DNA of 62,767 nt, counting the filler, from Stramenopiles sp. TOSAG23-2 (Eukaryota): assembly GCA_900128395.1 (NCBI GenBank). It is 12 parts of 12 records of this genome, joined end to end, with 100 filler letters (N's around TTAATTAATTAA, not from the genome) between each part and the next. Parts side by side here need not be neighbours in the genome. Positions count along the whole stretch, not along the records: positions 1 to 5,511 come from LT650656.1; positions 5,612 to 11,121 come from LT650657.1; 10 more parts are not named here. One strand, 5' to 3'. Within the stretch, counting starts at the first letter, position 1; the number at the start of each line of letters is the position of its first letter. The notes under the pieces were generated by a model. It was not told where the DNA came from, made no database searches, and was given only the letters and a program-made list of their open reading frames with translations. The translations under genes were made by a program, and so were the position numbers. Of this stretch, positions 1-8,600 are shown piece by piece.

Positions 1-627
1 CAAAATCAAACAAAACGGAACAAAAAAAAAATAAAAAAACAGAAGAAAAGGCAAAAACAAAAATTAAAAAAACAGAAGAAAAGGCAAAATCAAAAATTAG
101 AATTAGTAGCAATGGCAGAAAAAATTATAGACAAGCATCTTAATGGTTCACAATCTCTACCATCTATTAATGAAGTTGTAGATTATAATCCAATAACAGG
201 TAAGCCAAGCACATTTGGTTGCCATATGTGGTTAGAAGATGTAAATGGAAAAGTCTATGATTATTCTGATAAACAATTAAAAAAATATATCAATTTCATT
301 CACCTAAATGTCTTGCCACTGATAGGCACTTTTGAATTTGTTAGAGAATCATATCCAAAGAAATTACAACAAAATTTAGCTGGTATGATGTTTGACACAG
401 TCAAACAAGTTTGTAAAGCAAAGCTAATGTTAAACCCAGGTGGTCATAATACTATAAAAGATTATCAACAGGAATGCTATGAAGAAGTTGGTAGATGTTT
501 GGGAAGATGCTTCTTTATGAAAAAGTTAAAGCCAAATTTAGATGTTAAAGTGGGAATGTTAGGTGTAAGATTCAAGGATGGAAAGTTTGCTGGAAAAACA
601 TATTTCATTTATGGAAAGAATTACTAA
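1..627 (+). CDS. Cassette gene 1, 5'-truncated; possible permuted transglutaminase/papain-like protein
   Basis: The frame is open from base 1 (QNQTKRNKKK...LELVAM), upstream of the ATG at 112. It contains HMWLEDVNGKVYD and GRCLGRC..VKVGMLG..YFIYG. Confidence 0.7.
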   Translation, partial: QNQTKRNKKKIKKQKKRQKQKLKKQKKRQNQKLELVAMAEKIIDKHLNGSQSLPSINEVVDYNPITGKPSTFGCHMWLEDVNGKVYDYSDKQLKKYINFIHLNVLPLIGTFEFVRESYPKKLQQNLAGMMFDTVKQVCKAKLMLNPGGHNTIKDYQQECYEEVGRCLGRCFFMKKLKPNLDVKVGMLGVRFKDGKFAGKTYFIYGKNY

Positions 628-797
628 GCACACAGGATTGGAAGTTGCGTAAAAACAAAATGAAAAAAAATCTAATAAAAAATTAACTTTTTTTTAAAAA
701 AATTTTTAAAACGATGTGCTGTAACCCTAACCCGAACCCCACTTTACTAATTAAATTGAAGCATTTTTATTATAAATTATTATCAACAAGAATGAGC
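628..797 (+). repeat. 170-bp intergenic cassette module, copy 1
   Basis: Runs from GCACACAG to AAGAATGAGC and begins immediately after the ORF1 stop. About 90% identical by eye to 1506-1675. Confidence 0.95.
752..759 (+). promoter_or_regulatory. TAAATTGA, resembling the Mimiviridae early promoter AAAATTGA (second copy 1630-1637)
   Basis: 7 of 8 positions match the known motif. Spacing to the ATG is identical (32 nt) in both module copies. Confidence 0.5.
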
Positions 798-1484
798 GCA
801 AATAAAATGAACCAAAATCAAACAAAAATGAACACAAATCAAACAAAAAAATGTGAAATGTCTGAAGAAGTCATTATCAATTTCCTTCATAGCAATTGTC
901 AAGAATATCTTCATACACATCCTATCCATCCAAATGATAAAAGCTGGACTATTGCTGACTTATTTATCAGGCAGTTTTTGAATAATTGTTGTGATGGTTT
1001 TGGTATGAGAAATGTTGAACAAGTATATTCCTATTTAAGTGAACACAAAGCATATTTGATAAAATACAAATTAATTAGCAAAAATGGTTGGAATAATAGT
1101 GGCTATCCATTATGGAAAGATTACAACTTTGAAACAAAAATGAACAGTAATACTGTTAAGGAAGTCCAGAAACAGATGGCTGAAGTAAATAATGCTTTAC
1201 AAAAATTAAAAGAAGAGAAAGCACAACAAGAAGAAGAAAAGCGTAATATGCTATTCTTTAATGAATATAAAAAATTAGGAGGAAAGTATAAAACAATCAA
1301 AAAGTATTTAGCATTGATGGATATATTTGTTAAACACACTTTTGAGTTTTATGTTATGGGAAATTGCTCCCAATATGACAATAGAGATGAAGCATTAAAA
1401 GCTGTTTGTAGAGAAGCAAAAATAACTAAAAAGGAAGCATCTATTATATTTCATAGCCTTGACAACATACATCCATACACATAA
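792..1484 (+). CDS. Cassette gene 2, hypothetical viral-type protein (possibly a two-gene fusion)
   Basis: Start reassigned to the ATG at the end of the conserved module (MSANKMNQNQTKMNT). It has a central coiled coil and a C-terminal YKKLGGK domain. Confidence 0.75.
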   Translation: MSANKMNQNQTKMNTNQTKKCEMSEEVIINFLHSNCQEYLHTHPIHPNDKSWTIADLFIRQFLNNCCDGFGMRNVEQVYSYLSEHKAYLIKYKLISKNGWNNSGYPLWKDYNFETKMNSNTVKEVQKQMAEVNNALQKLKEEKAQQEEEKRNMLFFNEYKKLGGKYKTIKKYLALMDIFVKHTFEFYVMGNCSQYDNRDEALKAVCREAKITKKEASIIFHSLDNIHPYT

Positions 1485-1505
1485 CAAAACCACATTACAC
1501 AATAG

Positions 1506-1675
1506 GCACACAGCATTAAAAGTTGCGCAAAAAAAAAAATGAAAAAAAATCTAATAAAAAATTACTTTTTTTTTTAAAAAAATTTAAAACAATGTGCTCT
1601 AAACCTAACCCTAACCCCACTTTACTAATTAAATTGAAGCATATTTATTATAAATTATTACCAACAAGAATGAGC
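1506..1675 (+). repeat. 170-bp intergenic cassette module, copy 2
   Basis: Same length and layout as 628-797, ending in ATGAGC of the next gene. Confidence 0.95.
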
Positions 1676-2203
1676 AGCCTTACTAACCAGAATACAAGTG
1701 AAATGAACACTGAATCAGTTTCCCATCAAATTTTAAATAAGTTAGATGATATAAAGCAAAAATTATCTGATAATGAATATAAAGAATTAACAGAATTGTT
1801 ACAAAAACAGTATAAAAACAGTGAAGCCTTTTATACAATGACAATTCTAGTCCCATTAATAAAAAAAAATACTGAGATGTCTGGTGGTGAGTGTGAGTGT
1901 TGTGATAGAGTTTGGGAATATTTTGACCTTGAATTGAAAAGCATAGATGTGACACAAAAAATGAAACTAAAAACCAAGAGCAAAATATTGGACGAAATAG
2001 GTAAAAATGGTTCATACAAAGTTCAATTTTCACACGGAAGTTTTGATTATAATCATAATGATGATAAAGAGCGTGAGTGTTTTCAGGCAAATGGATTATT
2101 GGTTGAAATTTTGAAACAAATGGGTATGTCTATGCGCAAATTCAAAAATCAGTTTATGATTTCTCAACAACCAATATACATTACACGTTTAAGACCAACT
2201 TAA
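1670..2203 (+). CDS. Cassette gene 3, hypothetical protein with an NCLDV-like N-terminal helical motif
   Basis: Start at the module ATG (MSSLTNQNTSEMNT). ILNKLDDIKQKLSDNEYKELTELL resembles a motif I recall from giant-virus hypothetical proteins. It also has a CECC cluster. Confidence 0.75.
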   Translation: MSSLTNQNTSEMNTESVSHQILNKLDDIKQKLSDNEYKELTELLQKQYKNSEAFYTMTILVPLIKKNTEMSGGECECCDRVWEYFDLELKSIDVTQKMKLKTKSKILDEIGKNGSYKVQFSHGSFDYNHNDDKERECFQANGLLVEILKQMGMSMRKFKNQFMISQQPIYITRLRPT

Positions 2204-2238
2204 ACAATTACCATCATTACTATTACAAAATTTTTTAA

Positions 2239-4047
2239 TTATGAACTTGGCGGAGCGTATTTGTCCAATACACATAAGTAGGATTCACTGGTTGATTTCA
2301 AATGTAAAAAGTATCTAGCAAGCTTATATTTTTCAGCATCTGTTATTTGTTTTGTTTTATAAAAATATGATATCTGAGAATGGCGAAGCGTATTTGTTGT
2401 AATGGGCTTTCCAAAATTTTTCTCTTTTAATATTGGAAACTCCGCATAAATGTTACCAATTTTATCTGATAAATCACTATAAGGTTTGTTTGTATTAGGA
2501 TTCTCAATAAGCCACGTCCGTTTCCAATCTTTTAATGATTGTTGTATAATTTTTCTGAGTTTTACTGGTGAACCGAAAGTAGTAGGAATACCGTTACTTC
2601 CTCTTGTATCAAGCTTTAACCTGACTTGTTTATACCGCTTGCGCGTTTTATATTTTTGGAATATAAACACATTGTTGTTTGTGAGATAATAGTTATTTAA
2701 TTTGTTACCTTCTTTTACCAATTCTCCACGTTGTCTTCTGTCTTCTATATAAGGAATTGGCGAACTTTTAACAATCTTTACTTCTCTTAAAGTGTTTGCG
2801 CGTTTAGTTGGCATTAACGTTTGTAGTGCCACTATCAAATAATCAATATTGGCTTCTTTGAATTTAAATGACGCATCTTCTAATTTCTTTTGTGCTATAT
2901 TTCTCTGTTTTGTTGTTAATGTTTCTTTGATTTTCTTATTGTAACGTTTCAATTGTTGTTCATAAAATTTCTTTGCTTGTTTATATTGCTTTTCCAAATC
3001 ATTTCTAATTGGAGTGAAAAATTCAAAATTAATGACTTTTTCTTCTTTTGTCTTCTTTGGAGCTTTACTTCTATATTTATCCATAGCTTCATTAAATTTA
3101 TCTGACCAACGCTTCAAGCTTCTAGGACCAATAATGCGGTTAAACTCTGGACTACTATTACTTAACGACACCACCACCGAATAATAATTTTTACCAAAGT
3201 CAGCAGCTTTCTTTTTCTTCCCACCTTTGGTTGTATACGTTTCTATCATTTCTGGACTACGTGCTTCACGAAGACATCTACCAAAATCTACATTACATCC
3301 CAAACGCCTCCAAACGCTTTTTATATTTGACTTATATGTTGCTATGGTTGCTTCTCCATCCAATCTTTTGCCATCTTTATCTACTAATTCATTCTCAATA
3401 ATTTTATAAGCATCTTCTAAGGTAAATATTTTGTATTTTTTGTTTCTAGCTGTTTTTTTTCTTGTGGAACGTCTAGGAGCGGCAGGCGGTTCTTCTTCTT
3501 CCTTTTCTTCTTCCTTTTCAGCTGCTTGTTCAGCAGCAGGCTCTTGTTGTAAATCCATCATATTATCATCAAAGTCATCATTTAAGAATCCTAAATCATT
3601 ATCTTCTGCTTGTCCGACATTAGTAACATCACTTTCTGTTAATGGTTCATCTCCACAATTCAGATTTATTTTTACATTTACACTGCTTAAATCAATTGGT
3701 TGCGAAGAATTTCCTATCATCATACGTTTCATATCATTTGCTATTACTGAGGCAGTCTGGTCAGCCACATCATTAATATAATCAGGAATATCTGTCATTA
3801 CTTTTTCAAACTGTTTCTCTTCTTTTAAATACTTAATGTTTTCTTTTAGTTTCTTTTTCTTTATATGCTTTTCATAATACTTTAGTAATTGATACTTTTT
3901 TAATGTAACAAGAAACACTATCTTGTTTTTCATAATTCTTTTTATTAATCTGTTACGTTGGATATCAAAACTCTTCTTTTGATAAAATTTGCGATAACTC
4001 AATCTGTTGGCAATAACACTATCTGAAACAACTTCTTGCGGCGGCAT
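2239..4047 (-). CDS. Tyrosine recombinase/integrase, OLV11-like type of virophages and PLVs
   Basis: Catalytic motifs appear in the expected order: PTKR (Arg I), FQKYKT (Lys), TNTLRH (Arg II box), then FLH...SESY (His, Tyr nucleophile). There is a long basic/acidic N-terminal extension. Confidence 0.85.
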   Translation of the reverse strand: MPPQEVVSDSVIANRLSYRKFYQKKSFDIQRNRLIKRIMKNKIVFLVTLKKYQLLKYYEKHIKKKKLKENIKYLKEEKQFEKVMTDIPDYINDVADQTASVIANDMKRMMIGNSSQPIDLSSVNVKINLNCGDEPLTESDVTNVGQAEDNDLGFLNDDFDDNMMDLQQEPAAEQAAEKEEEKEEEEPPAAPRRSTRKKTARNKKYKIFTLEDAYKIIENELVDKDGKRLDGEATIATYKSNIKSVWRRLGCNVDFGRCLREARSPEMIETYTTKGGKKKKAADFGKNYYSVVVSLSNSSPEFNRIIGPRSLKRWSDKFNEAMDKYRSKAPKKTKEEKVINFEFFTPIRNDLEKQYKQAKKFYEQQLKRYNKKIKETLTTKQRNIAQKKLEDASFKFKEANIDYLIVALQTLMPTKRANTLREVKIVKSSPIPYIEDRRQRGELVKEGNKLNNYYLTNNNVFIFQKYKTRKRYKQVRLKLDTRGSNGIPTTFGSPVKLRKIIQQSLKDWKRTWLIENPNTNKPYSDLSDKIGNIYAEFPILKEKNFGKPITTNTLRHSQISYFYKTKQITDAEKYKLARYFLHLKSTSESYLCVLDKYAPPSS

Positions 4048-4079
4048 TTACATTATACAGAGATAATATATTGTCAACA

Positions 4080-4295
4080 TTATCTAAGAACTAGTTCATA
4101 CAATATAGCTTCATAGAATTTCTCTTTGAATTCTTCCCGCATTTTTGGACTGTATTTATAAACATCTCTATTATATTTACTACATAATTGAAATATAACA
4201 TTGTCTTTATCTTTCATTTTTATGATTTCAAATATGACTTTACTTAAATATGATTTTGGTAAACCTGTAATTCCGGAAATGATAACATCATCCAT
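4080..4295 (-). CDS. Small hypothetical protein (71 aa)
   Basis: ATG-initiated ORF tightly packed between the recombinase and the basic protein gene. Confidence 0.6.
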   Translation of the reverse strand: MDDVIISGITGLPKSYLSKVIFEIIKMKDKDNVIFQLCSKYNRDVYKYSPKMREEFKEKFYEAILYELVLR

Positions 4296-4367
4296 ATATA
4301 TTTAGTGTATATTTCTAATTGTAATTCCAACTGTAAAATATTTAAGAATATGTTTTTCCTAAATATG

Positions 4368-4547
4368 TTACTTTTTCTTACGCCGCTTTTTTTTCTTAGT
4401 GGCTTTCTTTCTCTTCATTAAAAATATTTTCTCAGCAACCAACTTAGGTGGTGGTTTCTTTTTTTGAGATTTGGACAAAATACTAGCAAGTGAGTTCTTT
4501 TTTGAGCTTGAGCAGCCGCACGGTTTCCTTTTATAGGTTTTAGCCAT
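4368..4547 (-). CDS. Small, highly basic protein (59 aa), not in the ORF track
   Basis: Manual translation: MAKTYKRKPCGCSSSKKNSLASILSKSQKKKPPPKLVAEKIFLMKRKKATKKKKRRKKK*. It fills the gap between neighbouring genes. Confidence 0.65.
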   Translation of the reverse strand: MAKTYKRKPCGCSSSKKNSLASILSKSQKKKPPPKLVAEKIFLMKRKKATKKKKRRKKK

Positions 4548-4586
4548 AAATAATAATTAGAAAATAAAATCTCATTATAAATTAAA

Positions 4587-5511
4587 ATGTCATTAATACA
4601 TCTTAACAGTAAAAATCAAAATCCTTCCGACTTCTTTAACCAGTTTCCAAACAGCATTAAAATACCGCGAAATAGCGAAGTATGCTTAGTTGGTTTCAGT
4701 GGAAAATTAAAAGATATGTCCGATAACATTACAATCAATTCATCTAACGATAGTTTTACCTTTACATTAAACAACCCTGAAGAACAAACATTGGCTAGAC
4801 CTTTTCTAACGGCAAAAATAAAACACGGAACATATCAAAGCAAAGCGGCATTGGCACAAAAAATAACGGATGCTTTAAACGAAGCAGAGCAATTAAGCTG
4901 TTTTAAAGGCACACATAGATGTAAATACGCGAACGATGTTTTGAATTTTGATTTAACTTATTACCGTGGAAAAGATATGACCTTAGGCAAATGGAAGCAA
5001 TGGTTTGGCTCTAATCAACTTGGTGGAAGGTTGACGTTTGCGGTAATGAAATGCTAATAACACCAGCGACAGGAGCATTTAATTTTATTGATGAAGAACC
5101 ATTGTGGAACTGTGAAAACTTTTTGACGAATGGAAGTCAAACGGCAAACCCAAAAGGTGCTAGTTGGCGCATAAACATCAAAGATAATGCTATACCAGTT
5201 CCTACATTTCTTCCAGATATCATTCCAAATGATTTACATTATCAAGGTTTTGCCAGTTCTTTACCTTCTGCCATTCTAAATCCCGGCGACTTTGGGCAGA
5301 ACATCTTACTATCTACTCCATTTGACCAAATTACACAATTCTATATCAATACTACTGATGCCGGTGGAACCAATCACGCCGCACAATTAGGAGATGCCAA
5401 TTTCATTGTGGGGCGATATTTAACCATAATTTCAAAAGATATATCAATCCCGGGAAGGCAAGGTGTATATGGCTGGATACGCATAGGTTCTATTTTAGGA
5501 TATATACCAAA
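4587..5511 (+). CDS. Minor capsid (penton)-like structural protein, split by a frameshift near 5015-5057, 3'-truncated
   Basis: The N-terminus MSLIHLNS..PSDFFNQFPNSIKIPRNSEVCLV and the IKHGTY...LAQKITDALN motif resemble PLV/Polinton penton proteins. A second ORF overlaps in the -1 frame. Confidence 0.55.
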
Positions 5512-5611
5512 NNNNNNNNNNNNNNNNNNNNNNNNNNNNNNNNNNNNNNNNNNNNTTAATTAATTAANNNNNNNNNNNNNNNNNNNNNNNNNNNNNNNNN
5601 NNNNNNNNNNN
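5512..5611. other. Artificial contig spacer (also 11122-11221, 16732-16831, 22340-22439, 27932-28031, 33524-33623, 39111-39210, 44689-44788, 50258-50357, 55826-55925, 61385-61484)
   Basis: N44-TTAATTAATTAA-N44. Lengths of the first 11 contigs run from 5511 down to 5459 without increasing. Confidence 0.99.
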
Positions 5612-8600
5612 CCCCCCCCCCCCTCCCCCCCCCCCCCCCCCTCCCCCCCCCCCCCCTCCTCCATTGTTGCCGCCATTATTGCCACCGTTATTGCCACCGT
5701 TATTGCCTCCATTATTGCCGCCGTTATTGCCGCCGTTATTGCCGCCATTATTGCCACCTCCGTTATTGCCACCTCCGTTATTGCCGCCATTATTGCCGCC
5801 ATTATTGCCACCAGAACCAGAACCGGCACTAACAAATGTTACAATACCAGGTGATGATGATGTTTGATCATAACTGGTGTAAGCAGAAGAATCAATGATA
5901 TCCAATTTAATTTTTGACGGGTTAGTATCTTGCGTAATGGTCGCCACTTTATCATTTAATTCAGTCATACTTGTACTACCAATTCCTGATACTCGTACTT
6001 TATCCCCAGTTGCAAAATTTTTATGGTAATCTTTTAATTCAATAACAGTAGGTGCACCACTTTTAATAATATTGACTATTGTAAATGACTTCGCTCCTGG
6101 CTCATCCTTGCAATGACCATTTACACATTTTCTGCCGCCGGTGCATTGGTTGTTACCTTGGCAACCTGTTTTACAAACGCCATCAATGCATTTTTTTTCG
6201 CCAGGGCATTCGTTATCCGTGTCGCATGCATCTTGTGCCCCTTCGCATACGCCATTATAACAATTTTCTCCTGCTTTACAATCATCATCCGCTTTACATA
6301 TTGTTAATGGTACATCTAATGGTACGCAATAATTTAGAATACACGTGAAGCTTATTCCTAACGTTGTTTTACAATCATTGTCTACATGGCATGATGATCC
6401 CTTTGCCGGTGCGCAATTGCCAAGGATACATGTATATCCACTTTTACATTCGTCATTTCTAGTGCATTTTCCTCCTACACCACCTGCTCCTGCACCACCT
6501 ATTCTACAAAATCCATCACTGCAGATTTCACCTCCTTTGCAATCCGTTTGAGCTGAACATGCACATTTTCCATCAACGCATTGAACGCCTGGTAAACAAT
6601 CATTATTTCCTTTGCATGAACCTTGATTTAGGTCAAATTTCCCAGCATTAGTAGATAAACCTAGCTTTCCACCTTCGCATTTACCATTGATGCATGAAGC
6701 ACCTGGCATGCATTCGCCATTTTTTTGGCATGATAAGCCTAGCTTTCCACCTTCGCATTTACCATTGATGCATGAAGCACCTGGTTTGCAATCGCCATTT
6801 TTTTGGCATGGTAATTTTGGAGAGCATTGGCCGTTAAAACAACCTTCCCCGTAACTACAATCATTATCCGAATGACATGTTCCCATTGTTGTACATTTTC
6901 CACCGATACATTCTTCACCCTTGTTACACTCTGATGTATCGGTACAACCAGTTGGATCGTTTGGCAAACATTGCAATGGGGCTGGGCATCCACCACATGG
7001 ATCGGTAGATTTTGCAGCCTTTGGCGTTTTCGTTGCATCCTTTGCCGTTTTCGTTGCATCCTGCTCCTTTGTTTTGACAGGGCCTCTATCATTCGCTTTT
7101 GGTGGCTCTGGGTGCATGATATCCGGTTTGGACGGACATGAATTGCATTTGTCATCTTTTCCACAACCGCATCCACACTGCGCATCCGATGTGCAACCGC
7201 TACCTGCCTCTCCTTTACACCTATCATCATCTCCACATTGGTCACTTTTGCACCAACCTTTTCTTCTACAATCTTGTTTTGCTGGACGTTTTAATTCGCA
7301 TTCCCATCGTAACTCGTTACAGAAATGCGTTTTGCCTTTAAAACAATTTTCATCAACTCTGCAACCTTCCTCCTTTTCAACGACAGCTTCCGCGACTTTA
7401 GCTTCTACTGCTTCTATTGCCGGCGATTTTGGTATAAGTTTTTCACAGACACGACAATTTTTCAAAGGACATACATCAATATTATCTCGCTGTAATGTTG
7501 CTTTGCCACATTCAAACATTTCAGCACATTCAATACGATTTTCACATTCCATGTTAATATTGGAACCCGGGTAACACGTTCCCTTGACGCAAGTATGGTA
7601 TGGTATACAATTATCTTCCTCTATACACGCATGTCCTTCAGGTTCTTGAAACATTCTTAGAGTTAATAGCAATCCATTTGCATTAGCTATCAATTTAATT
7701 GTTAATGGCTCTATCTGTGGGTCTAAACAACTATATCCATTAAGACGAAGGGCGTCCATTACTGAGAGAAGCACTTCGTGGTACGACGTTAAAGGCAATA
7801 GTGAAAATAGACGACCTTCTTCCATTACAGTTAACTTATTTTGTGTATCGATTAAACGTTGTAATATAACGGGTGCGACTTTTGGTGCATTTTCCATATC
7901 TGCGCAATTATTTTTCAATCTACTGGAATCCCTGACAAGGTCTTTTGCAATTCTTATTAATGGCAACAATCCTTCAGAACTACACTTTCCCTTGTTGCAT
8001 ATAAATGGTGCTTTGCATTCTACAATGCTTGCAATGCCGCATGTATCTAGATTTTTATTTTTACTGCTATCTGGTGCGCTATTAACAATCTCCTCTGCGA
8101 GTTCCACGCCTCCAAAAAAATTATCGTTTTCATCTGCATCATCGCCACCTTTCAATGGTTGACTTTTCTTACCTTCGTATTTAACAATTCCACCAAATGG
8201 ATAAGCATCTAATGGTGGTCCTTCCAAGTGTTTCGCTGCCGCTATTGACAATTTTTTCTTTGCCGTATTTGGCATATTATCAGGCGTATTATGTATTTTT
8301 GCAACAATTTCTTTTGCAGGTGCAATTCCTGAATGTGGTGATTTTTTACTCGACGTTTCATCTTTTTCTTTTTTTACATTTGGTATTAAATCTGGCACTA
8401 CTTTTGCTTTTATAATATCTGTTTTGATTGGATTTGGTGGTGGTTTTGCACGTTTTACTAATTGTTGGTTACTATCGTCCCATGTACATGTATCACCATC
8501 TCCACCTCTCCCTTCGTTTAATAATTGCTTCAATAACGCCAAAATATTTACACGTAATTCACGTAATTTTTTATGAGTTGCATATGCGGTATAATAAATT

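Larger units (their letters stand above)
1..5511. mobile_element. Fragment of a Polinton-like virus / virophage-type element (free or endogenous)
   Basis: Dense intronless genes with short spacers, a tyrosine recombinase, a penton-like gene and a small basic protein. It lacks the poly-Asn tracts and microsatellites of the host contigs. No major capsid protein, ATPase or polymerase is visible. Confidence 0.65.

Noticed and set aside
714-791. Shared N-terminal peptide MC.(N/K)PNPNPTLLIKLKH in the ORF-track proteins starting at 714 and 1523
   Set aside because: Most likely in-frame read-through of the non-coding module. The promoter-like motif lies inside it, so ATGs 792 and 1670 are preferred.
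628-1675. CRISPR array or canonical integron attC sites
   Set aside because: The repeats are 170 bp with whole genes between them. There are no cas genes, no RYYYAAC/GTTRRRY attC boxes, and the recombinase is not IntI-like.
5512-5611. Regularly spaced TTAATTAATTAA repeats flanked by N
   Set aside because: Artificial six-frame-stop linkers. Gene neighbourhoods across them are meaningless.
5612-5660. Poly-C tract encoding poly-Gly
   Set aside because: Low-complexity contig end, and the sequence is probably unreliable.
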